DNA of 38,533 nt from NCBI RefSeq assembly GCF_001194135.2, contig NC_069000.1, forward strand, positions 21,227,692 to 21,266,224. The letters are read 5' to 3'. The stretch comes from Octopus bimaculoides. Its lineage: Eukaryota. This document shows positions 1-12,215 of the stretch, in pieces. A program made the position numbers and the translations under genes. Position 1 is the stretch's first letter, and each line of letters starts with the position of its first letter. The notes under the pieces are model-generated. The model did no database searches, was not told where the DNA came from, and saw only the letters and a program-made list of their open reading frames with translations.

Positions 1-81
1 CAGAACAGAATAAAAGATCTAGAAGTATTCCTTTGTTTCCAGCAGCTGCAGTAGGGTGCCCTCAAAATCTTAGGTACATAC

Positions 82-120
82 CAACTGGTCCACTTGCACT
101 CTTCCCCTGATCTGATATTG
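82..120 (-). CDS. possible 39-nt frame-preserving CEP164 micro-exon (AISDQGKSASGPV)
   Basis: catgcag acceptor at 122/121, gtatgt donor at 81, phase 1 to phase 1, no stop. It would need a 49-nt intron (121-169) and has no homology support. Confidence 0.3.
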
Positions 121-169
121 CTGCATGTGTGACAATGAAGTTGTTGCGTAACAAAAATTTTATGGTTAC

Positions 170-309
170 CTGGAATATTGTTATTTATGATATTTTTTTC
201 CCTTTCTCCTTCAGCCATTTTTTTATAATAATCATCGCAAGGGTGGTCCCAGGTGCTGGTTCCATTCATCAGGTTGAAGTAGTAGATGTGGCCACTTGTT
301 AAATCCTCA
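170..309 (-). CDS. CEP164: CEP164-like coding exon 3 (WW domain C-half: (C)EDLTSGHIYYFNLMNGTSTWDHPCDDYYKKMAEGERE...)
   Basis: 140-nt exon, acceptor tttcag at 311/310, donor gtaacc at 169. The phase-2 start completes the TG|T Cys codon from exon 961-1072. Translation matches the CEP164 WW motif IYYFNF..G.S.WDHPCD. Confidence 0.9.
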
Positions 310-424
310 CTGAAATTTATTTTAAAACAAATCAACAAACAAATAAATAAAGCAGTCAATCACCTAATCACTTAATGTGTATCAACCATTATCATTGAAT
401 AATCTAGCATCAGAACTTAACATT

Positions 425-900
425 TTCTCCTTTGTCACAATTAGCATCGTCATCATGATAAGGAGAAGGATGATGACAGTAATAATAAAGATAATAATGA
501 TGAGGATAGTGGTAACGATTAAGACAATGTTAATGATAACAAAACAACAGTTGATGAGGATATTAATCAACATCACCATATTTATTACCTTCAACACTGA
601 TATAATTATCTTACGTAACACATCAAGTGAGGAGTCTGGTGATAGTGGTATGATGATGATGTGGATGATGATGATAATGATAACAATGATGATGATGACA
701 GCGACAACAACAACACGATGATGATGATGATGATGTGTTAGTGCTTAGATTCACATCAGACTCTAACCAAACAAGGTAATAGCTGAGAATGGTAATCATA
801 ACCGTGATTATTATAAGCTGATGATAATGAAAATGAGGAGATGGACAATGATCACAATGATGCTGATGATGACTATTAAAATACAGGTGATAGTAGTGAA
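425..900. repeat. degenerate (GAT/AAT)n trinucleotide low-complexity tract in CEP164 intron
   Basis: Runs of gatgat/gataat; explains the Met/Ile-rich ORFs 377-721, 382-621 and 821-1018. Confidence 0.9.
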
Positions 901-960
901 ATTTAATGAAAGTAAAATTTTTTTTAAATATATCAGAATCAAGAGCACCACATCACTTAC

Positions 961-1072
961 CAAACTCTCCAATCATCAGGTAAATGAGCAAGAATTCCTT
1001 CCTGTGCAATCCACATGAGATGGGGTTCTGTTTCTGGATCAATATCAATGGTACGAGCATATTCTAGGATCT
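961..1072 (-). CDS. CEP164: CEP164-like coding exon 2 ((E)[36 protein letters not shown])
   Basis: 112-nt exon, acceptor tatttcag at 1074/1073, donor gtaagt 960-955, no stops. Resembles human CEP164 [38 protein letters not shown] as recalled. Confidence 0.92.
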
Positions 1073-3214
1073 CTGAAATAAAACAAACATCAGTTATGAC
1101 ACCGTTTAGCAGAAGATTTTAAAAAAAATATTACTGATATCTGATAGCAAACTGAATATTGATATCAGGATTGATGGCAATCTTACATCACATCACGTCA
1201 CTCACTGATGAACTTTCAAGGCAGAAACAACCCCAACATAATTTGAACTGAGAAATCATCATCATTTAAGATCCATTTTCCATGCTGGCATGGGTTGGAT
1301 AGTTTGATCAGACCTGGTAAGGCCAGGGGCCACACAAGTCACCATTGTCTGTTCTGGCATGGTTTCTATGGCTTGATACTCTTCCTGACACCAACCACTC
1401 CACAGGACAAACTAGGTGCTTTTTATGTGGCACCAGCACCGGTATCAATTCTGCTGTGGTGGACGGACGGATCTTCTTGAGTACAGCAATGTGCCGGATA
1501 TCTCAGTCCATAACTAAATAAAGTGGTTTGTCCATCATTCCACTGATTCTTTCATTCACAGCTCTCCTTTCCACACTCATTATCATATTTTGTCTTAACA
1601 GAAGTCAGTGAAGGAGAAGGCGCAGACCTCACTCTCAGATTGATGCCCAACTTGAAGATCTAAAGGCCAATTTTTGCAGTAAAAGACAATGGTGAGTAGT
1701 GAATGATTGCAACCAGATGCAAAATTGACCTCAGCAGGATTTGAATTCAGCAAAAATGAGGTCCAGTCAAACCTTCTCCCACATCTTCTAATACCGATTC
1801 TTTCATCAATCTTCTAACTACAGTGTTACCCAGGTGCTGTCAATATCATTGTCCTCCAACACTAAGGTAGAGAGCTTGCAGGGTCGTTAGCACACCAGAC
1901 AAAATGCTTAGTGGAATTTCATCAAGCTTTATGTTCCAAGTTCAAATTTGCCTTTCATCCTTTTGGGGTTGATGTAATCAACTTGACCCCTCTCTCAAAA
2001 TTACTGGTCTTGTGCCAAAATTTGAAACCATTTGGTGATACATAAAAGGCACTTGTGCCAGTGACAAGTAGAAGGCACCAGTGCCAGTGACACATAAAAG
2101 TCACCAACTACACTTTATGAAGTGGTTGGCATTAGGAAGGGCATCCAGCTGTAGAACCTAAGCCAAAACAGACAAGAGCCTGGTGCAGCTCTCCAGCTTA
2201 CCAATCCCAGTGAAACCATCTAACCTGTGTCAGCATGGAAAACGGATGCTAAGTGACAATGATGATGTTGATGATATCCTCCAACACTTCACATTGCATC
2301 TCTATTACTGTCCCTTATCACCTCCTCCTCTTCTATGACCCACTCCTATTTCCTTCTTCCCCCCCACAAACCAATATTCAATTTATCCATCAATTTCCAT
2401 CCTTAGTCATCTGTCACAGTCTTTCCATACTCTTGTAAGCTAACCTGTCCACCAACTTTTTTTGTTCCTCTATTCCTTTTCTCTTTCATAATCACCTTCT
2501 ACCTTGAGGGTATGCCCTCACCACCTCTCTCTCGCTCTTGCTCTCACACATGCTCTTTCCAGCTGGGAGAGTCATGTACTCTCCTCTTCAGCAAGACATC
2601 TCTTCTTTCCCTCTATCATACTTTCACTTCCCTCAATAATACCCTATTCAGTCAAGGGTGTCTTGTCATGCAAACACTTGGTACTAATGAAGAAAGTGCC
2701 TTGCGCACTCTAATACATTCATTGGCATTAGAAAGAGCATCCAGTTGTAGAAACCATGCAAAGCAGTCATTGAAGTTTGGGGCAGTCCGCTGACTCATTA
2801 GTACCTGTTTAACTGTCCAACCTATACAATACGGAAAATAGACATCATCAATGATGACGATGAACACAAAGGGTCATAACTACTGTATTTTGACGTCTTA
2901 TAAGGGGCACATATAAAAAATATCCCATAGAATCATCGTGTCTTATCAATACAAGGCCAGGGTTTAAGTTACTGGCAAGTAGTAGCACAAGAAAGAGTCT
3001 CTGAAAATTGAGGTGAACATTATAAGCTACTAGATATGGTAAATACCACAAGGAATCTTAGCCATCAGTCTACTTATTTCTCCAATTCACTATTAACAAA
3101 TCATCATATAAATATATATAAACCATCATCATCATCAATTAATGTATATATATGGCTTCACTCTGTGTATTTTAACTTCATTACTATGGCAACAGTCCAG
3201 ATACTTATAGACAT

Positions 3215-3264
<50 letters not shown>

Positions 3265-3704
3265 CACATCTGAATGTGAAGTAAGAAGCTTGCTTCCAAA
3301 CCACATGTGGCTCTATCTTCATTCCCACTGTCTGGAACCTTGGTCAAGTGTCTTCTACTATAGCCTCAGGCATACCAAAGCCTTGTGAGTGGATTTGGTA
3401 GATGGAAGCTGATAGAAGCCTCTTGTTTGTGTGTGTGTGTGTGTGTGTGTATTTGTGTGCATATCTGTTAGTCTTCCATCAACTCCTGACAACGAATGTT
3501 GGTGTATTTATGTCCCCATAACTTAGTTGTTTGGTAAAAGGACAGAATAAGTACCAGGCTTAAAAAATAAGAAATACTGGAGTTGATTCATTCAACTAAA
3601 AATTCTTCAAGGCCATGCCCCAACAAGGCCACAGTCTGACTAAAACAAATAGAAAATACATATATATATATATATATATACACATAATTGTTCAAAGTAC
3701 TTAC

Positions 3705-3771
3705 CATCTTCAGTTGGTTGGTAATTTTCATCAAATGTTTCTTCGAGGATAATCTGGTTTTGAGTGGACAT
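3705..3771 (-). CDS. CEP164: CEP164-like first coding exon (MSTQNQIILEETFDENYQPTED)
   Basis: ATG at 3771-3769, 67 coding nt, donor gtaagt 3704-3699. Phase 1 joins G|AG to exon 961-1072. Resembles the CEP164 N-terminus DQLVLEEDYDETYIPSEQ. Confidence 0.88.
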
Positions 3772-4751
3772 TTTGATGCAAATTTACAAAAAAAAAAAAA
3801 AAATCCAGCAATGTCTGTTATAAAAAATACCTAAAATAAAAGAGTGATAAAAAGAAATTACAACTATTACTTTTGCCATGGGTGTTGTTATTGTTGTGGT
3901 GGTTGTGGTAGCTACTGGTGAAAGAAAATGTATTTCTAAGATTGTAAAGATTCTAAAATGCATTTCTAACAACGAACAATTAACAGAAGCTTTATTCAAT
4001 GCACATAGTGTTTTCTATGTTGCACTTTTGACAAAAACAGCAACAATTACACACAGGAAGAGACACACTACTGAGATCTATTACCATTTAATTGGCATAC
4101 CAATTGTGGTTGGCCCATCACAACTAGAAAATAGTCACACTATATTCATGACAACAAATTCTGTGCCTTCTATCTGCCAACAGTTGATGATGGAATGAGA
4201 ATGGAAACATCATGTAGCAATCTCATGATTCTGGGGTTACCACCAAAGACCACTATTATACAGGGTTCAATAAGAAGGTTCTAGAAAGCTGAATTATGTG
4301 AGGGCTTGACACTGATTGGTCAGTGATACTACTGTGACTTAGTTGTGATGTCTGCTTAGCTATTTAGTGATTTGGTTTCAAATCCACTACAAGTAGCCTC
4401 CTCCTAGTTCTGCATGAAATGTAAGAGAATGGAACAATAAAAAAAAAAGAAAGTCATATAAAAAGAGAAAGAAAGACTAACAGATGTACAAAAAGAAAAA
4501 GAAGAAAAATATACATTAAATACTGAAAAATTATGGAATTTTATTTTAATTTACTTTTGTTTCCCATCGCTTTCTGACTCCTGTCTAGCACTTCCTCCCC
4601 ATCAATGACAATTTAAACATTACTTTTATATCATACACACATACACAAATGACACAGTTCACCACTAGCCACTGTTGAAGCCCCTATATTGTTACTTAAC
4701 TTGCTAGAAATAGCAGCAAAATCTAACACAAGCCACACCCTGCCATCTTAA

Positions 4752-4980
4752 CCCTTTAGCATTTAAACTGACCACATCAGATTCAGATATCCTACCTATG
4801 TTATGTTCAAACTGGCCAGATCCAGCCTTTCACACCTACCCTACTATGTCATTTTAATAAATTAAAAAATGAATAATCACATCATTAAAATTTCAAAGCT
4901 ACAAGATAATGCATGATCAATTCAAAACAATGTGAATAAATAAGTATGAAATTTGATAGAGAAATCTGAATGCTAAAGGG
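4752..4980. mobile_element. piggyBac-type MITE
   Basis: TIRs ccctttagcatt...aatgctaaaggg flanked by TTAA at 4748-4751 and 4981-4984. Confidence 0.85.
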
Positions 4981-5123
4981 TTAAAAAAAGGATATGTACA
5001 AGAATGAAGTCTAAATATACCAAAAAGATAATCACAAATGGAAAGCCTTGGCTCATAAGTCTGCCAGATCAGGGCTGACCTGGGTCTAAACAACAATAAC
5101 AGCACAATCTTCCAATTCCTTAA

Positions 5124-5353
5124 CCCTTTAGCATCTAAACTGGCCATATATGGCCCAAATATTCTACCTGTTTTATATTCAACTGGCCATATCTGACCCA
5201 AATTTTCTACCTGTTTTATATTCAACTGGCCAGATGCAATCTCTCATACCTAACCAACAATGTCATTCTAAAAATAAACAATCACATCATTGAAGTCTCA
5301 ACGCTACAAAATAATACATGATTAATTAAAAGAGTAATCTGAATGCTAAAGGG
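5124..5353. mobile_element. piggyBac-type MITE, second copy with an internal duplication
   Basis: TTAA-ccctttagcat...atgctaaaggg-TTAA; attctacctgttttatattcaactggcca is duplicated internally. Confidence 0.85.
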
Positions 5354-5989
5354 TTAAACTTATATTTTTGCTGTTGTACATCAATTTCCTTAAGCTAACA
5401 ACGGGTAGGACGCTTTTTATCATACTGCTAGAGTAGTTAAAACAGCTAAATAGCTATTTGTGATATAATTAAACAACAGAGCCTTTACTTGGTCACTTAA
5501 TCTACTAGAGTTTAGTTCTTTTAAATCACCTTAATAAAAATGAAAAGGCACATTGAGCTGGTCCTAGCTATATGAAGAGAGATAACTGTCACAGATAGAA
5601 TGTCTCTGATTAATAGGTCTACCTGAATCAGAGATAACCTCTTTTGAAGAAAAACAACACTGGAGGGATATGCTTATGAGAATCAAACTGAGGTAAACAG
5701 AGCTATGTGACTTATTCAGGAATACAACACATTTGCTATAGTAAGATTTGAACTGGTGGTAGTGTGGATACTGTTCTGTACCTTAATCTCACATGCAGTG
5801 CAGCTCTAATTTATATGCTGCTTCTAAACTTAAAGTTCAGTCCATGATATGCAAGGTGTTTGAGCAACATTTGACAGTTTACATAAAGGGCAAAAAAAAA
5901 AAAAGAAAAACAATATGCCATCCAAAAATAAAAGTATTTTTAAAAGATCAAGAATATCAACAAGATTATGGCTGGAAGATGACTTTTAA

Positions 5990-6480
5990 CTCAAAGTAGC
6001 TTCCCTCAAATTCCACCATAGCCTCAAGACAGCTCCAGAACCTGGCACATGAGAGCCCCCACTGTGTCCTGAGAAGATATTTGAACACTTCCTTCATCTT
6101 GGCCCCTAGCTTTACCTTGATGATGCAGGCTGAGTGGTTGATGTCTTTCTCAACTACTTCCAACATATTGTAATCCATGGGATTACAATTGAGGGAATTA
6201 AGAGGTCAGAAATTGGGGCTGGAGAAGTCATAGCAATTCTCTGACAACCACTTTTGACTTTTTTCAGAGGATGGCAAGGAGCCAAATCCTGCTACCACAC
6301 ATATGGCCTCCCAGCTGGAACCCTCTCCAGCCAGGATTTGACCACAGTCTCTAGCAGCTTTACATAGCTGTCTGAATTGAGCCTAAGGCCCTATTCAAAG
6401 ACGTGGAGGTAGCAAGACATCACCCTCACTGGAGACACACCCAAAGACCCTCACAATTTAGGGAAACTTGGTTTTTATGA
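5990..6480 (-). pseudogene. decayed Tc1/mariner-superfamily DD37D (maT-type) transposase fragment in a CEP164 intron
   Basis: Frameshifted translation gives TKFP.IVRVFGCVSSEGDV, KLLETVVKSWLERVPAGRPYVW*QDLAPCH and F*PLNSLNCNPMDYNMLEVVEKDIN. There are 37 residues between the QD and MD aspartates after restoring one frameshift. Confidence 0.85.
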
Positions 6481-7839
6481 TGTCTGTGTCACATCTTACA
6501 GCCTTTACAATGTTCATGAATTGTCATGATACAGGTAACTCTTTTCCAAACTCAAATGGCTTCCAGTTCTGCATGTCAGCAAACCTTTTCTCAACTACAA
6601 CTTTAATCTTTATGCTCTTCAATGCCACTGACTATTCACCAATACATGAAACTGTTCCTGGAGAAACGAAACATAAAAAAATTGTCAAATCTAGCCTGAA
6701 TATCCTGTGTATATATGACCCACTCTCAGCTTATTGGCAACCTAATCAAACGAGACCATCATCACATCCACAGCTGCTGCTGCAACTGCTTTATTCACAC
6801 ATGTACATAAAATACTCATGTGAAACTGAGAGTGCTAGCTGAATTATTATGACAGAACAGAAGAAAGGTATTGTAGAAGTATCAGTCCATTTTTACAGTT
6901 TATATTCAAATCTCACTAGAGCCAACAGTGCTCATCAGCGAAACCCAGCCTTTCATGGGTTTATTAATATTAAAATAGATGCTGTGATTCTTTTTTTTTT
7001 TTAAGGTGGCGAGGTGGCAGAATTGTTAGCACACTGGGCAAAATGCTTAGTGGTATTCTGTCCATATTTACATTCTGAGTTCAAATTCTGTCGAGGTTGA
7101 CTTTGCCTTTCATCCTTTCAGGGTCAATAAAATAATTGCCAGTTGAGTACTAGGGTTGCTGTAATCAATTTATGCCCACCTCAAAAATTGCTGGCCTTGT
7201 GCCAAAATCTGAAACTAATATTAAAATAAATACTATCATATTTATATTTTGGATAAACAGTTTTACAAAATGATGATAGTTTGTCCAGGAATGTGAATCC
7301 ACTCAGAACTGTTGTGTTCAAGACATCCAGAAGATGGTTCAAGTTGAACTTAATAAAAATGCACAAAATAATATACAAATTTAGAATCTAAAATAAAGTT
7401 TGATTGACATTTTTGTTTTTTATTCTGGGAAAACATGCTTTTTCTCAAAATACTGTACTAATTTAAGCATTGTAAAGGAATTATTTTTTTCTAGTTAGAA
7501 ACTTTTGTCTACTATCTATTATACAATATTTGGGAGTACAGAACAGTTGTAACTTTCTATCTACAGACTAAAAGTGTCCAATTAAAAAAAAAATGCCGTG
7601 TAACCTTTGACCTCCTTCAAAAATATTCTTCTGTGCAATATTTCACAATACTTTGGGGACAAAAGTGCAAAATTGCAGCCCACAACTTTGAACATTGCCC
7701 AGGCCTTGTGAATTAAGCATTCCTGCCATTACCATCCTGTCTTTTTAGGGTTAATTAGGACTGCATCATTCAGTATCTTTTACTTTCTCAAGTTGTGATT
7801 CGAAGGAGTTTTAGCTTCTTCTTCTAGCTGGTAGAACGA

Positions 7840-8026
7840 CCCCTTTAATTTTCATTTTACTCATAGCCATTCAATCTTTAAAAAATCCTATTATATTTTT
7901 ATAATTAAATATTGTTAGGAACTGTATAAAGAAAAGTGTTTAAATATTTTGTCTATTATAGATGTATAACCAATTGATAAAATTTTAACAACAAAATCTC
8001 ATATGGACCCTAGTTGAGAACCACTG
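7840..8026. mobile_element. hAT (Charlie/MER5-like termini) MITE fragment; related pieces at about 12623-12850 and 18270-18420
   Basis: gttgagaaccactg terminus at 8013-8026, near-complementary catgtgattctcaac at about 12623, shared AT-rich body (aaaaatcctattatatttttata...). Confidence 0.6.
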
Positions 8027-9410
8027 ACATAGAGGTTCCTTTGATTTAAATCAATCAGTATCATACACTAAGGTCAATTTCATCCTTACCCTTTCCTGAG
8101 AAAACTGGGATGGTACTCCATGAAAAAAAATTTAATACAAACTGAAGAGTGAACGAACATCACTGAAGTAAAGCTGTCGGGCAGCTAAGCCTGCAACCAA
8201 TAATCGATTCCCGAATATACATCCATTTCTTGTTTACTTGCATCACAAATATCATTTCATCCATCTCTCCCTAATCTGTATATAGCTATATAGTGAACCC
8301 ACGATCCACTAGAAATCCTCTCCCGCTCCAACTAAACGACTCAACTGTTCACAAAACGCATGCTGTAAACAAATTAAACCAATATAGAACGAGTAACTGA
8401 AGGAACTACAATGTAGTCGTTCAAATTGCTGAAAATAGCAGCGAAATCGCCTCTAAAACACACTACCGTCTTTAAAAAATGATACATTGAATGACGCCGG
8501 TATCTGTAAAAAAATGATTTTAGTAGGAAGAACAACGAGCTGGTGAGGGACCTTCTACGTGGTCACTCAGTCTGCTAGAAATAACACTAAACCTCCCTCA
8601 AACTATATCCTATTCTCTTAGAATACTTCATGCTGGACAACGTTGCCCTGTTCCCTGTACATAGTTACGGTTGGAATGCCTTTGATAACGAGTCTGTTTG
8701 ATCAAGGATACTTGGGGCTAAACAACAACAAAATGCATTATGTAAGCATAAACATATAAGCTGTTAATTAAAAAATCAGAAGAAAACAAAGGGGCAAACT
8801 TAAGTGGCTGTAGTAATGATAAACTACCGATTTATACCGTATAGACGTCAAGAAATTTATTGTAGGTCGTAATTTCACTGTCAACAGGTATTCATTATCT
8901 ATTCACCTGTTGGTAGCCTAACAACTGTCGTGTTGATTAGTCAATCGGCTTTGCTGAGAATCAATAACGTTTGACAAACTGATTAAGTAATGAGGGAATC
9001 TGCAGAGGAAAGAACCAAATAGGTGCTTTAAAAAATACTGGTTTACTGGTGCTTTATCAATGTTTTGTTTCAGTGACATACTGTATCTATGGATTTTATC
9101 CAACACTACGTAATAGACAGATGTAAACACAACTGAAAAATATAAATACACCCCCACCACCATAATTATATAATAACTGGTGTATTTTTCTTAACAGAAA
9201 CATATCAATGTTTTTGTTTAATACTCATACACGATACATACATACATACATAATATATATGCATTAAGGTAAACAAACAAAAAGACTGAAAGAAAAAAAA
9301 TACTAGGAAAGCAAGAGAGTGAGATAGAAAGAACAAGACGAGAGAAGTACGACTGTGTGGCTATTGTATTAGTTAAAGTTAGTATATCAAATCAAAAGTA
9401 GTTGCCTTAC

Positions 9411-9560
9411 CTTGAAATACTTGTTTTTAACTGCCCGTTTTCCAAGGTTTTTGGACGCCAACAAGTATTCCGCAACTCAGCTACAGGTGAATTGAATGAA
9501 ATGAACGTTAATAGCAAAAAGTGGAATGGCCGAGCTGAAAAGCGAAATGCTTTTCTTTTT
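9411..9560 (-). promoter_or_regulatory. candidate non-coding first exon / promoter-proximal region of CEP164
   Basis: Strong donor AAG|gtaagg at 9411/9410 in a CpG-retaining zone upstream of the ATG exon, which is itself preceded by splice acceptors (AG at 3816/3815 and 3832/3831). The 5' boundary is a guess. Confidence 0.3.
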
Positions 9561-9638
9561 ATTTTATAGTTCATGTTTTAATATGAATGCATATACGTGT
9601 ACGTACATGCCCGTACCCAATCACATACACACACATGT

Positions 9639-10265
9639 NNNNNNNNNNNNNNNNNNNNNNNNNNNNNNNNNNNNNNNNNNNNNNNNNNNNNNNNNNNNNN
9701 NNNNNNNNNNNNNNNNNNNNNNNNNNNNNNNNNNNNNNNNNNNNNNNNNNNNNNNNNNNNNNNNNNNNNNNNNNNNNNNNNNNNNNNNNNNNNNNNNNNN
9801 NNNNNNNNNNNNNNNNNNNNNNNNNNNNNNNNNNNNNNNNNNNNNNNNNNNNNNNNNNNNNNNNNNNNNNNNNNNNNNNNNNNNNNNNNNNNNNNNNNNN
9901 NNNNNNNNNNNNNNNNNNNNNNNNNNNNNNNNNNNNNNNNNNNNNNNNNNNNNNNNNNNNNNNNNNNNNNNNNNNNNNNNNNNNNNNNNNNNNNNNNNNN
10001 NNNNNNNNNNNNNNNNNNNNNNNNNNNNNNNNNNNNNNNNNNNNNNNNNNNNNNNNNNNNNNNNNNNNNNNNNNNNNNNNNNNNNNNNNNNNNNNNNNNN
10101 NNNNNNNNNNNNNNNNNNNNNNNNNNNNNNNNNNNNNNNNNNNNNNNNNNNNNNNNNNNNNNNNNNNNNNNNNNNNNNNNNNNNNNNNNNNNNNNNNNNN
10201 NNNNNNNNNNNNNNNNNNNNNNNNNNNNNNNNNNNNNNNNNNNNNNNNNNNNNNNNNNNNNNNNN
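9639..10265. other. assembly gap (627 N); other gaps 19157-19277, 24533-24657, 28935-29561, 36162-36568, 37089-37437
   Basis: Runs of N, mostly bordered by (TA)n or repeats. Confidence 1.
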
Positions 10266-10296
<31 letters not shown>

Positions 10297-10589
10297 TCTC
10301 CTCAGTATGTTTGGGAACTTCAACGTAGTCACTCAATCTGTTAGAAATAGCGACTAAATTTCCCTCAAATCATATCTGTTTTAAAAAAGAAATAACATAT
10401 CTTAAACATCATGGTTGAAAATAAAAATGGTTATGGATGGGAGGTTTTCATCACAGGCCTGCATATTCAGAGTTCACCAAGTGCTAAACAACAACATCAA
10501 CAATATTATACAGTAGATATTCTGACTTAGCTCTCTTAGATTAGGGACAACTACTTTGATGTAGGCCAGGACGAATATATCATAGACTT

Positions 10590-10870
10590 GGAACCAAAAG
10601 AGCTTTTGGAGAAATTTGACACTATGGATCTTACATCCAACTCAGACACAAAGGAATGCATAAGGAACTGTTAAAGTGGCTTCAAATCTACCTTGAGGGG
10701 GAAATCATCAAAATCACCCAATCTGAGTTAACACCCATCACTCCATCATCCCATAAGACTCAATAAGGTGGGCCATTTTTGTTCTTAATCTTCAAAGATG
10801 AATTGGTCAACGCTTGTGAAAATGAGCGGTACCGCTACATTGACGACACCACACTGACTGCAGTGACAGG
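10590..10870 (+). mobile_element. decayed non-LTR reverse transcriptase fragment (CR1/L2-like)
   Basis: The frame from 10767 reads GGPFLFLIFKDELVNACENERYRYIDDTTLT (GP.LF.I..ND...Y.DD pattern); LLKWLQIYLEG lies upstream. Confidence 0.7.
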
Positions 10871-11744
10871 TATCCGTCGGTGTCAGAGAGCTATGCGACA
10901 ACTACTAAGTTGACAGGAGAAAGCAATGCGACAATAGTAAAGTTAGCAGGAGAAATGAATGCGACACTAGGTAGCTGAATCAGAGGCCTTGTCAGTGCCA
11001 AAGCCTAGGCAGACGATAGGAAAATATCATTCGATACATCAAAAGGCAAAATAATAGGTCTATCAAGGGAAACAATTCCACCAAACTTTGCATTGCACTT
11101 TGGGAATTGCAGGTAGTCTATGAGAAATGCAGCTCGAGATTCTGTGCAGAACCATTGGAAGAAGGCTAGTGTAGACAAATCAATATGTAATACAGCCGCA
11201 CAGAAACTTGGGGTGATAGGGGAAAAAACACTAAAAGCAACTTGGAGTAGAAAGAAAGAACTACCATTTACAAAAGTCTAAATCCGAAGTAATCTGGGTT
11301 ATTATGTTAGATGAATGTCTCATATAGCATGATCAATCAACTATTTATTATACATAAAAAAAAATAATAAAAAGGATAATCGTAGTTAATGGAACTGATG
11401 TTGCGAAAAAAAATCATTATCAACAGTCTACAACATAGGAGACTGGTTGCTGCGGCAATAGTTCACGACAAAATGCAGTCAAGCCACGGCCCACCATTGC
11501 AGTATAACAGATACCGTTTTATGGCTGCACTCGCTTCTCAGTACCCGATGTCAAGACCCAGATTCGGCACAGGGGCTTTCGACATTCGATTATCATATGA
11601 GCTGTCTCTGTCGACGAGATGCAAGCTTCGAAAGGTCAAATGCACAAACTCAGTTGATATTGCCCTTACTATTGGAAATGCAATGAACCAATGACTCTTC
11701 CATTGAAAAGCTGTAGCCAACAATCAGGTCATAATGGAGACATG

Positions 11745-11995
11745 CGCCATTGCAGCACGTCGCTGCATCCATCATTTGTCGATATTTGCTCGAGGTGTCC
11801 CGGACAACCCTCCGAGCAGTGTCCCAATCAGTCCCCATCTCTGCCAGATACTTCCTCATCCGCTTTGACCATGTGGTATGTGGCTGACCAACACGAGCTG
11901 TCACCTCAGCCATATCCACGGAGAAGGGAACAGATACACAGGATGGAACTCGGAAAATCGAGCAACACGATCAGCATAACCAACAATACATGACA
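11745..11995 (-). mobile_element. RTE-clade LINE 3' fragment
   Basis: Frameshifted translation includes VGQPHTTWSKRMRKYLAEMGTDWDTARRVVRD...YRQMMDAAT, like the RTE ORF2 tail (GRP..TW). Confidence 0.55.
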
Positions 11996-12049
11996 CAAAA
12001 TAAATTTAGAACGCACATATAAGAAACAAATCAACCCCAGTTACTTAAC

Positions 12050-12215
12050 TGGAATCTATACAGGCCCATCGCCAGACTTTGGTGCCTGGGAGTGCTTCAG
12101 AATATTCTGGGTGGGCACTAATTTGTATTGCGGGAAGATTCTTGTAAACTGTATTTTCTAAATCTGAGGGTGAATCATTGAATAGTGAGGGAGCTGCGCC
12201 GTCTAGTGCACCCCC
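12050..12215 (-). mobile_element. dispersed element homologous to 18580-18740 (source family of the 91-bp satellite)
   Basis: The reverse complement (gggtgcactagacgg...ctcagatttagaaaatacag...caaattagtgcccacccagaatattctgaagcac...gtctggcgatgggcctg) aligns with 18580-18735. Confidence 0.85.

Noticed and set aside
377-1018. ORFs 377-721, 382-621 and 821-1018
   Set aside because: Translations of (GAT/AAT)n low-complexity intron sequence. The real coding sequence here is the minus-strand CEP164 exon at 961-1072.
1488-1502. aatgtgccggatatc (NVPDI) resembling the AMPD C-terminal motif
   Set aside because: Wrong strand, inside a CEP164 intron, followed by a stop after a few codons, with no flanking AMPD similarity.
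9526-10357. Long ORFs spanning N-runs (also 28763-29575, 35958-36725, 36888-37505)
   Set aside because: They are open only because N and (TA)n contain no stop codons. Only 36764-36890 within the 36065-36976 ORF is genuine.
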